Of a stretch of 64,000 nucleotides of DNA, positions 51,504 to 64,000 are shown piece after piece (within the stretch, counting starts at the first letter, position 1; every line of letters starts with the position of its first letter). Made by a program: the position numbers and the translations under genes. The stretch spans positions 63,366,001 through 63,430,000 of the forward strand of contig NC_045707.1 of assembly GCF_009834535.1 (NCBI RefSeq), written 5' to 3'. A model generated the notes under the pieces. The model was not told the origin of the DNA. It ran no database searches and saw nothing but the letters and a program-made list of their open reading frames with translations. The stretch comes from Camelus ferus (Eukaryota).

Positions 51504-53235
51504 GGAAAAGAAGAGGTAAAAGTGTCATTATATGCTGATAACATGTTACTATATATAGAAAACCCTAAAAGGTCCACACAAAAGCTACTAGAGCCGATTG
51601 AAGAATTCAGCAAGGTAGCAGGTTACAAAATTAACGTTCAAAAATCAGTTGCATTTCTTTACACTAACGATAAATCAACAGAAGAAGAAAGTAAAGAAAC
51701 AATCCCCTTTAAAATAGCACCCAAAGTAATAAAATATCTGGGAATAAATCTAACCAAGGAGGTGAAAGAATTATACACAGAAAACTATAAACCATTGATG
51801 AAGGAATTTAAAGAAGACTTTAAAAAATGGAAAGATATTCCATGCTCTTGGATTGGAAGAATCAATATTGCTAAAATGGTCACACTGCCCAAGGCAATCT
51901 ACAGATTTAATGCAATCCTTATCCAATTACCCAGGACATATTTCACAGAACTAGAACAAATCATAATAAAATTTATATGGAACCATCAAAGACCTAGAAT
52001 TGCCAAAGCATTACTGAAGAGAAAGAAAGAGGCTGGAGGGATAACTCTCCCAGACTTCAGACAATACTATAGAGCTACAGTCATCAAGACAGCATGGTAT
52101 TGGTACCAAAACAGACATATAGACCAATGGAACAGAACAGAGAGCCCAGAAATGAACCCACAAACTTTTGGTCAACTCATCTTCGACAAAGGAGGCAAGA
52201 ATATACAATGGAATAAAGACAGTCTCTTCAGCAAATGGTGTTGGGAAAACTGGACAGCAGCATGTAAAACAATGAAGCTAGAACACTCCCTTACACCATA
52301 TACAAAAATCAACTCAAAATGGATTAAAGACTTAAACATAAGACAAGATACAATAAACCTCCTAGAGGAAAACATAGGCAAAACATTATCTGACATACAT
52401 CTCAAAAATTTTCTCCTAGAAGAACTAAAAGCAAGAATAAACAAATGGGACCTAATGAAACTTACAAGCTTCTGCACAGCAAAGGAAACCAGAAGTAAAA
52501 CAAGAAGAAAACCTACGGAATGGGAGAAAATTTTTGCAAGTGAAACCGACAAAGGCTTGATCTCCAGAATATATAAGCAGCTCATATGACTCAATAAGAA
52601 AAAAATAAACAACCCAATCCAAAAATGGGCAGAAGACCTAAACAAGAAATTCTCCAAGGAAGACATACAAATGATCAAAAAGCACATGAAAAAAATGCTC
52701 AATATCACTAATTATCAGAGAAATGCAAATCAAAACTACAATGAGGTATCACCTCACACCAGTCAGAATGGCCGTCATTCAAAAATCCACAAATGACAAA
52801 TGCTGGAGAGGCTGTGGAGAAAGGGGAACCCTCCTACACTGCTGGTGGGAATGCAGTTTGGTGCAGCCACTATGGAAAACAGTGTGGAGATTCCTCAAAA
52901 GACTAGGAATAGACTTACCATATGACCCAGGAATCCCACTCCTGGGCTTGTATCCAGAAGGAAATCTACTTCAGGATGACACCTGCACCCCAATGTTCAT
53001 AGCAGCACTATTTACAATAGCCAAAACATGGAAACAGCCTAAATGTCCATCAACAGGTGACTGAATAAAGAAGATGTGGTGTATTTATACAATGGAATAC
53101 TACTCAGCCATAAAAACCGACAACATAATGCCATTTGCAGCAACATGGATGCTCCTGGAGAATGTCATTCTAAGTGAAGTAAGCAAGAAAGAGAAAGAAA
53201 AATACCATATGAGATTGCTCATATGTGGAATCTAA
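51504..53235 (+). pseudogene. Disabled L1 ORF2p fragment (C-terminal RT half to Cys-rich domain)
   Basis: [17 protein letters not shown]...KYLGINLTK...[18 protein letters not shown]; stop at 52587-52589, +1 frameshift in A7 (52689-52695), stop at 53062-53064, natural stop at 53233-53235. Confidence 0.9.
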
Positions 53236-53546
53236 AAAACAAAAACAAACAAACAAAAACAAAGCATAAATACAGGACAGAAATAGACTCACAGACAGAG
53301 AATACAAACTTGTGGTTACCGGGGGGTGGAGGGTGGGAAGGGATAGCCTGGGATTTCAAAATTGTAGAATAGACTACACTGTATAGCACAGGGAAATATA
53401 CACAAAATGTTATGATAACTCACAGAGAAAAAAATGTGACAATGAGTGTGTATATGTCCATGAATGACTGAAAAATTGTGCTGAACACTGGAATTTGACA
53501 CATTGTAAAATGATTATAAATCAATAAAAAATGTTAAAAAAAAAAA
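51504..53546 (+). mobile_element. Relatively young 5'-truncated L1 with 18-bp TSD
   Basis: ORF2 3' half, 3' UTR, AATAAA and poly(A); perfect TSD AACAGATTATCTCCTGTG at 51486-51503 and 53547-53564. Confidence 0.95.
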
Positions 53547-53828
53547 AACAGATTATCTCCTGTGATATTCCTTTCCACCACAAACTCACGTACACCTGCC
53601 ACTCCAAAGGGGAGGGGCACAGCCCAGCCCACTGAGATTCACAAAGACTGAAAATCCCTCTCACTTTCATCAGCCTTCTAATTTCCCTAGGCCAACCATG
53701 AATGCAGATGGGGTCTAGAATAACTCTGAAGAGCGATCCAATACATGGAGGAAAAAATTGCTTTAACATGACCCATAGTACCCACCTGAAGGATAATGGT
53801 AGCAAAGAAAAAATGCTATGATCTAGAA

Positions 53829-54016
53829 CAGCTGTTCTCTAAATGGGGTCCTCACACCAGTGTCACCAGCATCACTTTGGAATTTATGAGACATTTAAAT
53901 TCTCATCTTCCTACCTCTAGACATAATGAATCAGAAACTCTGGGGTGGGATCCCGAAATCTGTCTTAAGAAGCCCTCCAGGTGATTCTGACGCACGCTGA
54001 AGTTTGAAAACCATGG
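53829..54016. mobile_element. MER5A-like hAT MITE
   Basis: GAATCAGAAACTCTGGGGTGGG...AAGCCCTCCAGGTGATTCTGA...AGTTTGAAAACCA; 8-bp TSD ATCTAGAA / ATCTATGA. Confidence 0.85.
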
Positions 54017-54105
54017 ATCTATGATTTTGGCTATCAGAGTAGAGAGATGGGAAAACTTTCCCCCAGATTATTCCATGAGGTTCCAATCAGCAATATGTGA
54101 CCGTA

Positions 54106-55726
54106 TGTGGCAGACTGTATTTTCTTAAAGATGGCTGGGACAATGTCTCCCATCCCACATGCTCCTCTTACAATGATGTTGGCAGTCTTCCCATCAGGAA
54201 AGTAGGTCTCTGGCCCCGACTTTGGAATCTGGATGGGCTGGTCTTTCAGTGTTTACCAACAGAATGTGGCAGAAGTGATACCGGGTGACCTCCATAGCTC
54301 AGTCTCAGAAGGCAACTCCACTTCTGTGTCACTTGCTGTAATACTTGCTCTTCAGGACTTCAACCAATGTGGCAACAGTCTGAACGTAGTCTAATAACTT
54401 TTACAGCACTGGGAAACAGAAAACAGAAATGCCTTCACATCTAGAGCCTTTGGAACATTTTTTCTTTGCTCCACAATTAAAGGAAAAGATCATTTCTTTT
54501 AAAATAATTATCGGGGTACTATTTTGTTTTTAGACTGATAAGCTACATACTTTCATATTTAAGAAAATATTCCCATTCATCTTTTTAACCTAAAGCACAA
54601 TTCTAAATATTTTTAAGGAATCCAATGTAACCAATTATTAATCTTAATAAACCAGAGATATAGAAGAAAATCTCCAGTCACTTACTTACATGTCAGTATG
54701 GTTTGAACAGTGGGGGTCAGGGGTGAGCATTACATGCAGACCCTTAAGGTTAAAAGTATGTTCCCAGAGCATGCAAAAATCTATGTCACCTGTCACTATA
54801 GCAGTATAAAATTCTATAATCATTTGAAATTTCAGTTTAACCTCAACAGTGTGAAAAGACCCTCACACTGATATATAAAATTTTAGTGTCAATAAATAAC
54901 TCTTTATGCCGAGAAAGTAACCAAACTTAAATGCAAGCAACCTAAGTGTCCATCAACAAATGAATGGATAAAGACGATGTGGTATATAAATACAATGGAA
55001 CATTACTCAGCCGTAAAAAAGAATGAAAATTTGCCATCGGCAGCAACATGGATGGACTTGGAGGGCATTATGCCAAGTGAAATAAGACAGAGAAAGACAA
55101 ATATAGTATTATATCACTTACATGTGGGATCCAGAAAATACAACAAACTAGTGAATATTACAAAAAAGAAACAGACTCACAAATATAGAGAACAAACTAG
55201 TGGTTACCAGTGGGAAGACGGAAGTGGGGAGGGGCATTATAGGGGGTAGGGGACTAAGAAGTATAAACTATTAGGTATAAAATAAGTTACAAGGGTATTT
55301 GTACAACACGGAATACAGCCAATATTTAATAATAACTATAAATGAAATATAACCTTTAACAATTATGAATCACGATGTCATAACACCTATAACATATAAT
55401 CTTGTACCTCAACTATACTTCAATTAAAAAAAGGAAGCAATCTTAGCCCCTGACGCTTCCATGCTTTGAGGAAGCCCGAACCAGCCCAAAAGAAGAAACC
55501 ACATGGAGAGGCACTGAGACTGGGGATGCTTGGCCAGAGCCCAGTTGCTTAAACACTCAGCTGTTCCAGCTCCAAGCACCACCATTTGACTGCAACTATA
55601 TGAGAAAACCTGGGCCAGACCCACTCATCTGCATCCTTCCCAAATTTCTGATCCACTTAAACTGTGAGAGACAGTCAAGCGGCTGTCATTGTTTTAAGCC
55701 ACTAATATTTAGAAGATAACGGAACA
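54106..55726 (+). mobile_element. MLT1G/H-like LTR split into 54106-54386 and ~55433-55726
   Basis: TGTGGCAGACTG...ACCAACAGAATGTGGCAGAAGTGA in the left half; CCATGCTTTGAGGAAGCCC...TGACTGCAAC...TTGTTTTAAGCCACTAA...GGAACA in the right half. Confidence 0.65.
54935..55432 (+). mobile_element. L1 3' fragment (laurasiatherian/artiodactyl type)
   Basis: AAGCAACCTAAGTGTCCATCAACAAATGAATGGATAAAG...GCAACATGGATGGACTTGGAGGGCATTATG...CAACTATACTTCAATTAAAAAAA. Confidence 0.85.
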
Positions 55727-58339
55727 TATGATGTGCTGAGGCTCCAACCTCAATTTTTCCCAAAGTTAGCCAGTCGTCCAGCCATGTATGAAATAATTCA
55801 CCTTTTCTTTGTTCACTGTAAAAGCCACAGTTACTACATTAAATGCTTTCATTTTCTTGGGTCCATTTCTGGATTTTTTCCTTTGAACTATTAATCTGCA
55901 TTCCTATCTCTGTCTCTTTTCTGTGCTATTTAAAATGTAGCCATGTAACATGTTAATGGTGAGCAGGACCATCCCCATCCTGAATGGCCTTTTTCAAAAG
56001 TCTCTAGTCTCCTGGATACATTATAGAACCATTTTCAAGGTCTATTGAAAAAGAAATAACAAAAGACCATTGAAGCTGCACTTGTGTTTTCTTAAATTGG
56101 TAGATTAGCTTGTTTCACAATATTAAGATGTCCCAAAGAACCTGATATCTATTACCACTTATTTAAGTTTTCTTCCACATTATTCAGTAATCCTTGTGTT
56201 GTTTCCATCTCATAGTCCTAAATGTTTCTTGGTAATTTCTTCTCAAGCATTTTCTATTTCAGTTGCTGGTGCTATTAGATTTCATTGTCCTCTCCCCAAA
56301 CACACAAATATACATATTTTCGCTAAAAGTATTGTCTTTTCATGCCCATCTTACTTAAATTTTCTAAATAATCCCAACAGTTTTTCAGTTTATTCTCACA
56401 AATAAACCAGATTGACTATTCCCAGTTAGATAATCATATCTCCTTCAAATCATTATAATTTTGCTGCCTCCTTTCCAATGCTCCTTGCTCATTTTATTTT
56501 CTTGTCTTGGTGCATTAAAGACTTGGGGGGGGTGGAATTAATCAATAACTACACATTTTCAATTTTTTAAAAAAATAGAAGCTGTATTTTAATAAAGTTT
56601 AGATATCTTTATGACCTCTGAGAGACAGTCCTACCCATAACCGGCTTTTACAATAAGGAAGGGCCACCAGAAGACCCACATCAAAAATGCCCAGGAACAT
56701 TCCTTGACAGAAGAGAAAGCAGATCCAAAAAAATAAACCAATTAGAGCCAAGCTGATGTAGAATATGCCATGTGCATAAATAACTATAGTATAAGACTCC
56801 ATGTTAAATGTCGTCAAAGAAGTTCAAGCAAAATGTTATGAGAAGAAAAGAGAAACAATTTTTGACTAAGGGAAATGGGGGTGACCTTTGAGTGGGAGTT
56901 TGAAGTATGACTAAGATTCTAACCCATGAAGATAACACAGAAAGTCAATCAAAGGTGGAAAGAAACAAGATCTACTTGGGGAACAGTGCGTCGCCTGGTT
57001 GGACAAAGTGGAAAATGATAGAAAAAATCTGGAATAGCCTGGAGAGTGCAGGAATACCAGGCTAACAACACGCACGAGTAATTAACCACAAGCAAGAGAA
57101 ATCTACATGAAATGGACACGTCTCACGTGCCCAGCACTGCCTCACGTGCTTCCCTGCTATTAACTCTAAAACACAGCTACAAACTTGAACTATATGTTTT
57201 AGGTCATAGATGTCTATGTTAGCTTTTCAGCAGGACAATGGCATGAGCAAAGCAAACTTTAAGAAGAATAACTTAATAACAACCTTCAGGATGGAAAAAG
57301 GGAGACTCTGGAGGCTGCAGAGACATTTAAGAGGCTTGCTAAAAGATGCAGTCCAAGTCATGTAAAGCTTCTACTCTGCAACCTCTAGCCTCACTTTGCA
57401 CTCTCCCCACCAACACATCCTTTTTCTCAACCACCTTAAAGAGCAAACATGTGGTACCCTTTCAAACGCCCATGCCTTTTTACATCTCATTTATTATCTA
57501 TGCCTGTAAGTCCCCCTCCACAGTTATCCTTTTCTCTGTAAATCTTAACCTATTCCAACCTTGGTTGGTTATTTCTTCATCTCTGTAAATGGTTCTTTTC
57601 CCATCCCCTCGTGAAGGTAGTTACCCTGTTATATTTTAATTAAATGTTTAAAATCATTCTTGCCACAAGTTATTTGTGTTCTGTTTATACTTAAATCCCC
57701 AGCATCAAGCATAATATCTCAGCAAGTCCACAATGAATGCATGCACAAAATCAATACCAAAATGGACCAAAAGACCACAGACTATCAGTGTAGACCTGAG
57801 ACTAAATCCCATGAATCTGCCGTGCACCAAAACAAATTTTACGATGCCCTCTACCAATGCTCAATGTCCCAACAGCAGAGGATTAAACAGTATCTTTTAT
57901 TTTTATCTACACCTCCTGCTAGCAATAGGCCTACGGTGTGAAGCTGAGTGCTTGTCATGTGACCCAAGCTGGGTCAATCATAGTCACAGTGATTGATTCA
58001 AGTGTGGGCAAGGCACATAATCCAGGCTGAGCCAACTGGGACCCTTCCCTGAAAATGAGGAATCAGTTTAGGAGCTGTATTACATTAGTACAGTCTTTAC
58101 TAAAACGTGACACACCCCTGCCCCATGAAAAAATGTTAAAACAATTGCATTTTAACATCACATTTTAACCAGAAGAAACTAGGAAGGAGTAATCTCCGAA
58201 CAAAAGGCCATTGTCTATATTTAATTCATTTGACTTTATGAAGAATTCACTTCATTGTCATTGATTCTCTAATTTCTCTGCTAGCTGGTAAAACTTAGGT
58301 TAGACTTGAACCGATTTATGGAACTAGGGCATTAGGGAG

Positions 58340-58799
58340 GGTAATGGGTTGAACAGTGTTTCTCAGAAAGATTTGTTCCAGTCCTGGCACCACCACCGCC
58401 CCACTACTTGTGACTGTCACCTTCTTATTTGGAAAAGGAGTCTTTGCAGATATAATTATACTAAAGGTCTCAAAATGAGGTCATCCTAGAGCCTAAATCC
58501 AACAATGGGAATCCTTATAAGCAAAAGGGAGAGGGAGATTTGAGACACAGAGACACGGATAAGAAAGACATCTGAAGACAGAGCCAGAGATTGAAGTTAT
58601 GCAGCCATAAGAAATACCCCGGATTGCTAGGAGCCAAGCATGGAATAGATTCTTCCTTAGAGCCTCCAGAAAGTATAAATCCTGCCGACACATTGATTTC
58701 AGGCTTCTGGCTTCCCAAACTGTGAGAGAATAAATCTCTGTTATCTTGAACCACTCCGTTCGTGGTAATTTGTTATGGCAGCCCTAAGAAACTAATACA
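58340..58799 (+). mobile_element. MLT1B-like MaLR solo LTR
   Basis: TTATTTGGAAAAGGAGTCTTTGCAGAT...AACTGTGAGAGAATAAAT...TTGTTATGGCAGCCCTAAGAAACTAATACA; TSD GGGAG / GGGAA. Confidence 0.8.
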
Positions 58800-61700
58800 G
58801 GGAATTATTCAAATTGGAGAGGGACCAAAAAACGGCATTATGAAAAATGTAAGAAAGTGGAAGACTCTGTAGCCTAAGAAACACCATTGTATTTGGTATT
58901 TTATGCTGTAGAAAGAACATCAAAGCGATAGCACTCCCAACTTGTGCTTCCTTTAGTTGAGAGCTGATAATTTTATACAGCTATAAAGGGTGTATGTTGA
59001 TCAAACTTGTTTAACCAAATTTATGAGTGATCCAGAAGCCACAGCGATACCATTTTTCATTATTTGCTTTTAGAATAAATTTCACTGACATAAAATCATG
59101 ATAATATAGAAAGTAACATCACATTTTTTCTATCCCTATATTGTTGATAGCTCACATTGGTACCTTTATTTGAATACATATGTAATATCACTTTATTACT
59201 GATCTATGAATGAAAGAAAAATTCAGGGCTCCTGATGTAGCAGCCTACCTTTCTTTGCCATCGCTAAATCATGAACTGAGCTATATCACGGTTCGTAATC
59301 ATATATACACATTCTTTGTCGTAGACAGAGGAAATTAAAACTTAAAACTGATTTTAAAGTTTACTTTAAGAATATGCCAAAAAAACGAATAATGAATATA
59401 TTTGACTCTAGGTTCCTGAGAGATAAGTTCAATATTTGGTTCTAACATTTTCCCATCAAACATAGTAAAAAAATAAAATAAAATAAAGTTGAGTTGTTCT
59501 GCAATCTGACATTTAGGCTTATGTTTTTAAAATTTTTATGTTTCTCATGTATCTGATTCATTATATTGTGCAATGAAAGCATCTCTGTTTCAGTTAGCAT
59601 TCTGTTGAATCTGCGGAGATCTTGCTACATGAAATGTATATGCACTTCTTCCAGCATAAAAATCAGCTATTAAGTTGGAATGATGGAGCAGCAATTTCTG
59701 GCTTTCACAGAGATGAGCAAGGCTTACTTCCTCCTACAGAGACCACCTAACTGACATGCTGTACATTGGTGACCAAGAAAGAAATTGACAGATGCAAGGA
59801 ATTCTCATGTCCTGTCAGACAGATACTGGATTTTTCCAAACATAGTCATTGATCTTTGGCTTTTTAAGAATCTGTTGAAGAATGCTACTACCCAGCAATT
59901 GTTCAAGGCACTAGGGAAAGTCCTTAACAAAGATGTGGATAGATAGTTACTTAGAAAACCAAAAGCTAGAAAGAGAGCTATTTAGTATTAATAAGGTTAC
60001 GGAGCAATTTGATTCATTCCAGCTAAAGGCTAAAACTGAAGGGAACAATCAAAGTTCATTACCAGGTCTCATTTCCTGAGAGGGAAATGTTAGAGATACG
60101 TTGTATATGACTACCTTGCCTATGCCTTCATTTGAGCACTTTATTTTTCCAATTTTTTTTTTATCAGTAAACATTATCCTCTTCCTGTTTTCTTCTCTTA
60201 ACATAGCAAAGCACATCAACAGATATTCCAAAAGAAATCATTTATGGCACGTGCAATGAAATCAGAAAACTATAATTGCTCATAGAAACAATTCCCTTAA
60301 TGCAATCTTACTTAAAAAAAACTGACATTACCTTAAAATCTTTTCAATGAGAAAAATGCAAAAAAAAAAAAATATATATATATATATATCTCCAGCTAGG
60401 TTGCTGTTTACTTTACTTGGCCAATATCATTCAAAGAAAATGCCAAAATTCAATTTATGTACTTTTTTTAGTTAAATTATTTAGAATAGAAAATTCTCTC
60501 ACCTTTCTGAAGTGAAATAAATGAAAATTTAAATCATTAGATGACTTGGTATAAAACATTAGAGGAAACGCAAACAGTAACTGTAAATATAGAAATGATA
60601 TTTGTCTTGGTGACATGACAAATCAATCAGCATAAATTGTTAAGCTTAGAAAAATAACACTAAACTATATTCTGCATTGTCCATTAAAAGGCATGCTTTT
60701 GCTGTCTAAGACACACACTGCACAAGGGAATAAGAGAAGTAGGAATTGTGGGTTCAAGTTGACCTGAATGCCACAAACCTTACAGCACTCTCAAGTCCCC
60801 AGCTCTCAGGAGAGACCCCTAATGAAGACAGAAGATCTGGCCTTTCTCCTGGCTTTTCCACCTGACACTCCTATGACTTCGACTAAGTTCTGTGACCTTT
60901 CTGAGCATCAGTCCTCTCGTCTGTATCAAATGAGGTTTAAACAGTGGACATATAAAGTGCCAGTCATGCCCCTTCCACAAAAATTTCCTAAGAATCGAAT
61001 GAAATAATGGGTTGAAAATGCTTGGGAAGTGATACAACGCTGGAGAGCTGGCAGGCCTCAGTAGCTACACCTGAGTCCCCGGCTGCCGGCCTGGAAGTCT
61101 CTCTCATAGAATCCAGTACAAAATCTACCCAAGCAGCCTCTCCTTGACTGTCCTTATTCACTGGATTTCTGGGAAGTACGAAGCCTACTGGTCTTTGTTG
61201 AGCTCTGTTATCTTGACCTTTAATAGCCTAATTTAATCCCTGTGATAATTCGAGGAAACGAGTTTAGCTCTTCACATTTTACAAAGAGAGAAAGAGATTC
61301 ACGTGACCACTAACTTGCCTGATCCCACTGAGGACCGACAGCAGAGATGAAACACGAACCCAGCTAAGTCTGGTGGCAAGGCCCAGACTTCGTTCCACCC
61401 AGCTCTGCAGCCCATCCAGGTTTCTCCTCCCAGCTAAAGCGCAACTGGAGTGGAAGAGTCAGGTGTGAACTACAGGCACGGCCACCACCCTCTCCCGCGT
61501 TCCAGCGCTGCTCTGCTTGGCGTCCAGACTGTCAGTCCCCAGTCACTTCTGGGGACTTCAGGTGTCACTGCCACCGTCCAAATGAATTCCGGGCCACGGT
61601 TGGGCCATGTGCCATTTCCACATGTCCTTTTCAACTCTTCCTGAAGTCACAAAACAAAGCTGCCTCGTGAGCCCAGATTTATCTAAATCTTCATGGGCCC

Positions 61701-64000
61701 TGAGAATCTGGCTGATTCAGAGTACACAATTCAGGGATCTCAGACTACCCAATTGTCACGGCAACTTGGGAAGGGCCATAGAAGATGGACAAACAATTGC
61801 TGAATTGCGTGGCAGATACAATGAATTTAGGAACCTGAGCTGGTTCTAACCCCTCCATTACTAGCTCTGTGACCTTAAGCAGTTATCAGATCTCTGTGAG
61901 CCTCATTTTTCTCATATAAAGATTAAAACAGCACCTGAAAGCATTAGGAGATACATGAGGTCACGTCCTGGAAGCACCTAACACAAAGAAGGCACTCTAT
62001 AAATGAGAGTTTGGTGGGATTAAAAAGTCAAAAGACACAACTCTTTCCCACTAAGATGTCTAGAAAGCTTTCAGAGATTCCAGACAATTGCCACAATGGA
62101 TGAACAGCCCAGGAGACTATATATGAAGAAAAATAAAATTGTTTCTTTGGCCAGGGGTAGGATGAAGACAAATTATCTGAAGGGAGAAAACGTAGAGTCA
62201 TATGATTTCAATCACAATTTAAATTTTGTCTCACAGAGTCCATTTTTCTTTCCTTCGAGAAAACGCCAGTACATTCAGCATCAGGTAAACATGATGCGTC
62301 ACTGATTTGTCAGTTTGCTTTCATTGTCTTATACTGTAGTCATGGGATCATTTGGTTTAAAATGTTTTGTAAATACCCAGTTCAAATGTAAAATACGGAA
62401 CCATTTATTACAAAGTCACTGAAACCTTATCATTAGCTTTGCTTGTTACTCCGCCATTGAGTGAAGCAGCACTTTAAAACATCCAGAAAACCCAATTCAT
62501 GACCTCAGAAAAAGCAATAATTGTTTTGCAGATTAAAATCCTTTTCCCCACTCCAGCCAGTAACTTAATCTTCGGATGTAAATGTGGTGTGCAGAGTAAG
62601 TAACCCGAAGGAGGAATCACGCATCATTTTGCCTCCGCGCCAGCAAAATATCTCCAGTTGACAGTTATTAATTTCTAGTCAAATTATCCTGGAAAAGGGT
62701 CAAAGAGAACTAATGGTTTTATTTTACATTCCAGGAAGTGTTGTGCTTCAGTATTCAGAATGCAGTGCTCCGTAAAGGGAGCTGCAGCAGAAATCAGGAG
62801 ACACACACGCCCTCTCCAAAAAAATATTAGATTGTTAAGTGCATTAACCCTTCATCAGGTCTCAGGCGCTTTCCCGCAAACTGTATTAAAACGATCAAAG
62901 CTGCTCATATATTCGTCATCTGCACTGAGTGAAACATATGAAGTTTTAACCTACTTTGAAATATAAATGTCTGTTTTATACAAATGAGTGACCAAGGATT
63001 AAAAGGGCTATTTTTGTTTTCATTCACTTTTCTGTTTGTCTTTGATTTTGGAATTTTGGCTTCGTACATACGCATAAAGAAATAAAGACGGTCTAAGGGG
63101 TATTCGTTACATAAAGTTCCACCTGCCCCTCAGTTCCTAGTTAGATGGTCCGTGTCATGTGGGTTACATCATGACAAAATCGTTTTCATTCAGCTTACAT
63201 GTAATTCTTTCAACTGACTCACAGACATTTAAGCAAATTCAATTTTATGGTGACAGCCTCTGGTATAAAGGTGATTAAGGACCCAGTGCCACAAGGCGTG
63301 CCACACCCGAGGTAGAGTTCCTACACTATGAATGGGGGCTGGATGGGGTAAGGGCAACCTGGCCTTCTTGGAAGTTACCTGCCTGGAATAGAGCTGGGAC
63401 TGGTGGGGAGGGAGGGCTGGGAAACTCCAGCAGCCTGCCCCCTGGGGACAGAACTGCAGCCCTAGACGGGAGCTGGGGATAAAGAAGCTTTCATCTCCTT
63501 GGCCACACCTGTCCAGATTAGAGCACACCTAGAAGATTTTCATAACACGGGGGTAGTGATGGAGCAGACTGTGGCTGCAATACCATAAACTCTAGCTGGT
63601 CCTCCCAAGATTCAGTAGATTTTCTAAAATGTATGTTTCTCCTTTGGACTGTATACCCTCAGGACAATTTACAGAGACTTTAAATGACTGGGTTGTTTTT
63701 TTATATATATAATTTTCACCATTTAAATTGTTGTTTCCGGTCCACTGATCTCCTTAGGCTACCATTTCCATTTTGATTTTTTTAAGTGTTACTGAAATTT
63801 CTATCAGGGGAAACTTTCAGGGCAAAAAGCATTACAAGCTCAGAAACATCCCCTCAGAGGATTTCAGAATTCTTGTTTCATAGGAAAAGAATTGAAGAGA
63901 GGGGGAAAAAGGAGCCCAGAGGCAAAGGCCTAAGGATGCTGATGCCTTCAGGCGGTACCAGAAGAGCTGAGGTCCTGAAGGATCACAGTCAGAGTTTCAG

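Noticed and set aside
52172..52708. 178-aa hydrophobic minus-strand ORF
   Set aside because: Antisense frame of L1 ORF2, a common artefact.
1..64000. CRISPR arrays, operons, or a novel RT-associated system
   Set aside because: Eukaryotic intergenic DNA; no regularly spaced repeat-spacer array seen, and all RT-like sequence is attributable to disabled L1 or CR1 LINEs.

Overview
Mammalian genomic DNA, very probably camelid, judged from a Vic-1-type tRNA-derived SINE. The only supportable protein-coding segment is the first coding exon of TRHDE (thyrotropin-releasing hormone-degrading ectoenzyme / pyroglutamyl peptidase II, M1 metallopeptidase family) on the minus strand. It sits in a CpG island at about 1.0-3.9 kb, with the start of the downstream intron at 1-1682. 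The remaining ~60 kb is upstream non-coding DNA dominated by interspersed repeats (L1 of several ages, L2, MIR, an ancient CR1/L3-like RT fragment, MaLR/ERVL solo LTRs, hAT and Tigger DNA transposon remnants) and microsatellites. I found no convincing novel multi-gene system. The most interesting signal is the translation-initiation architecture of TRHDE: a 26-codon uORF whose TGA overlaps the first main ATG (TGATG), a G-rich leader, and two strong in-frame ATGs that differ by a 42-aa Glu/poly-Lys extension. Repeat family names come from recalled consensus sequences, not a database search. Repeat boundaries are approximate unless a TSD is quoted.
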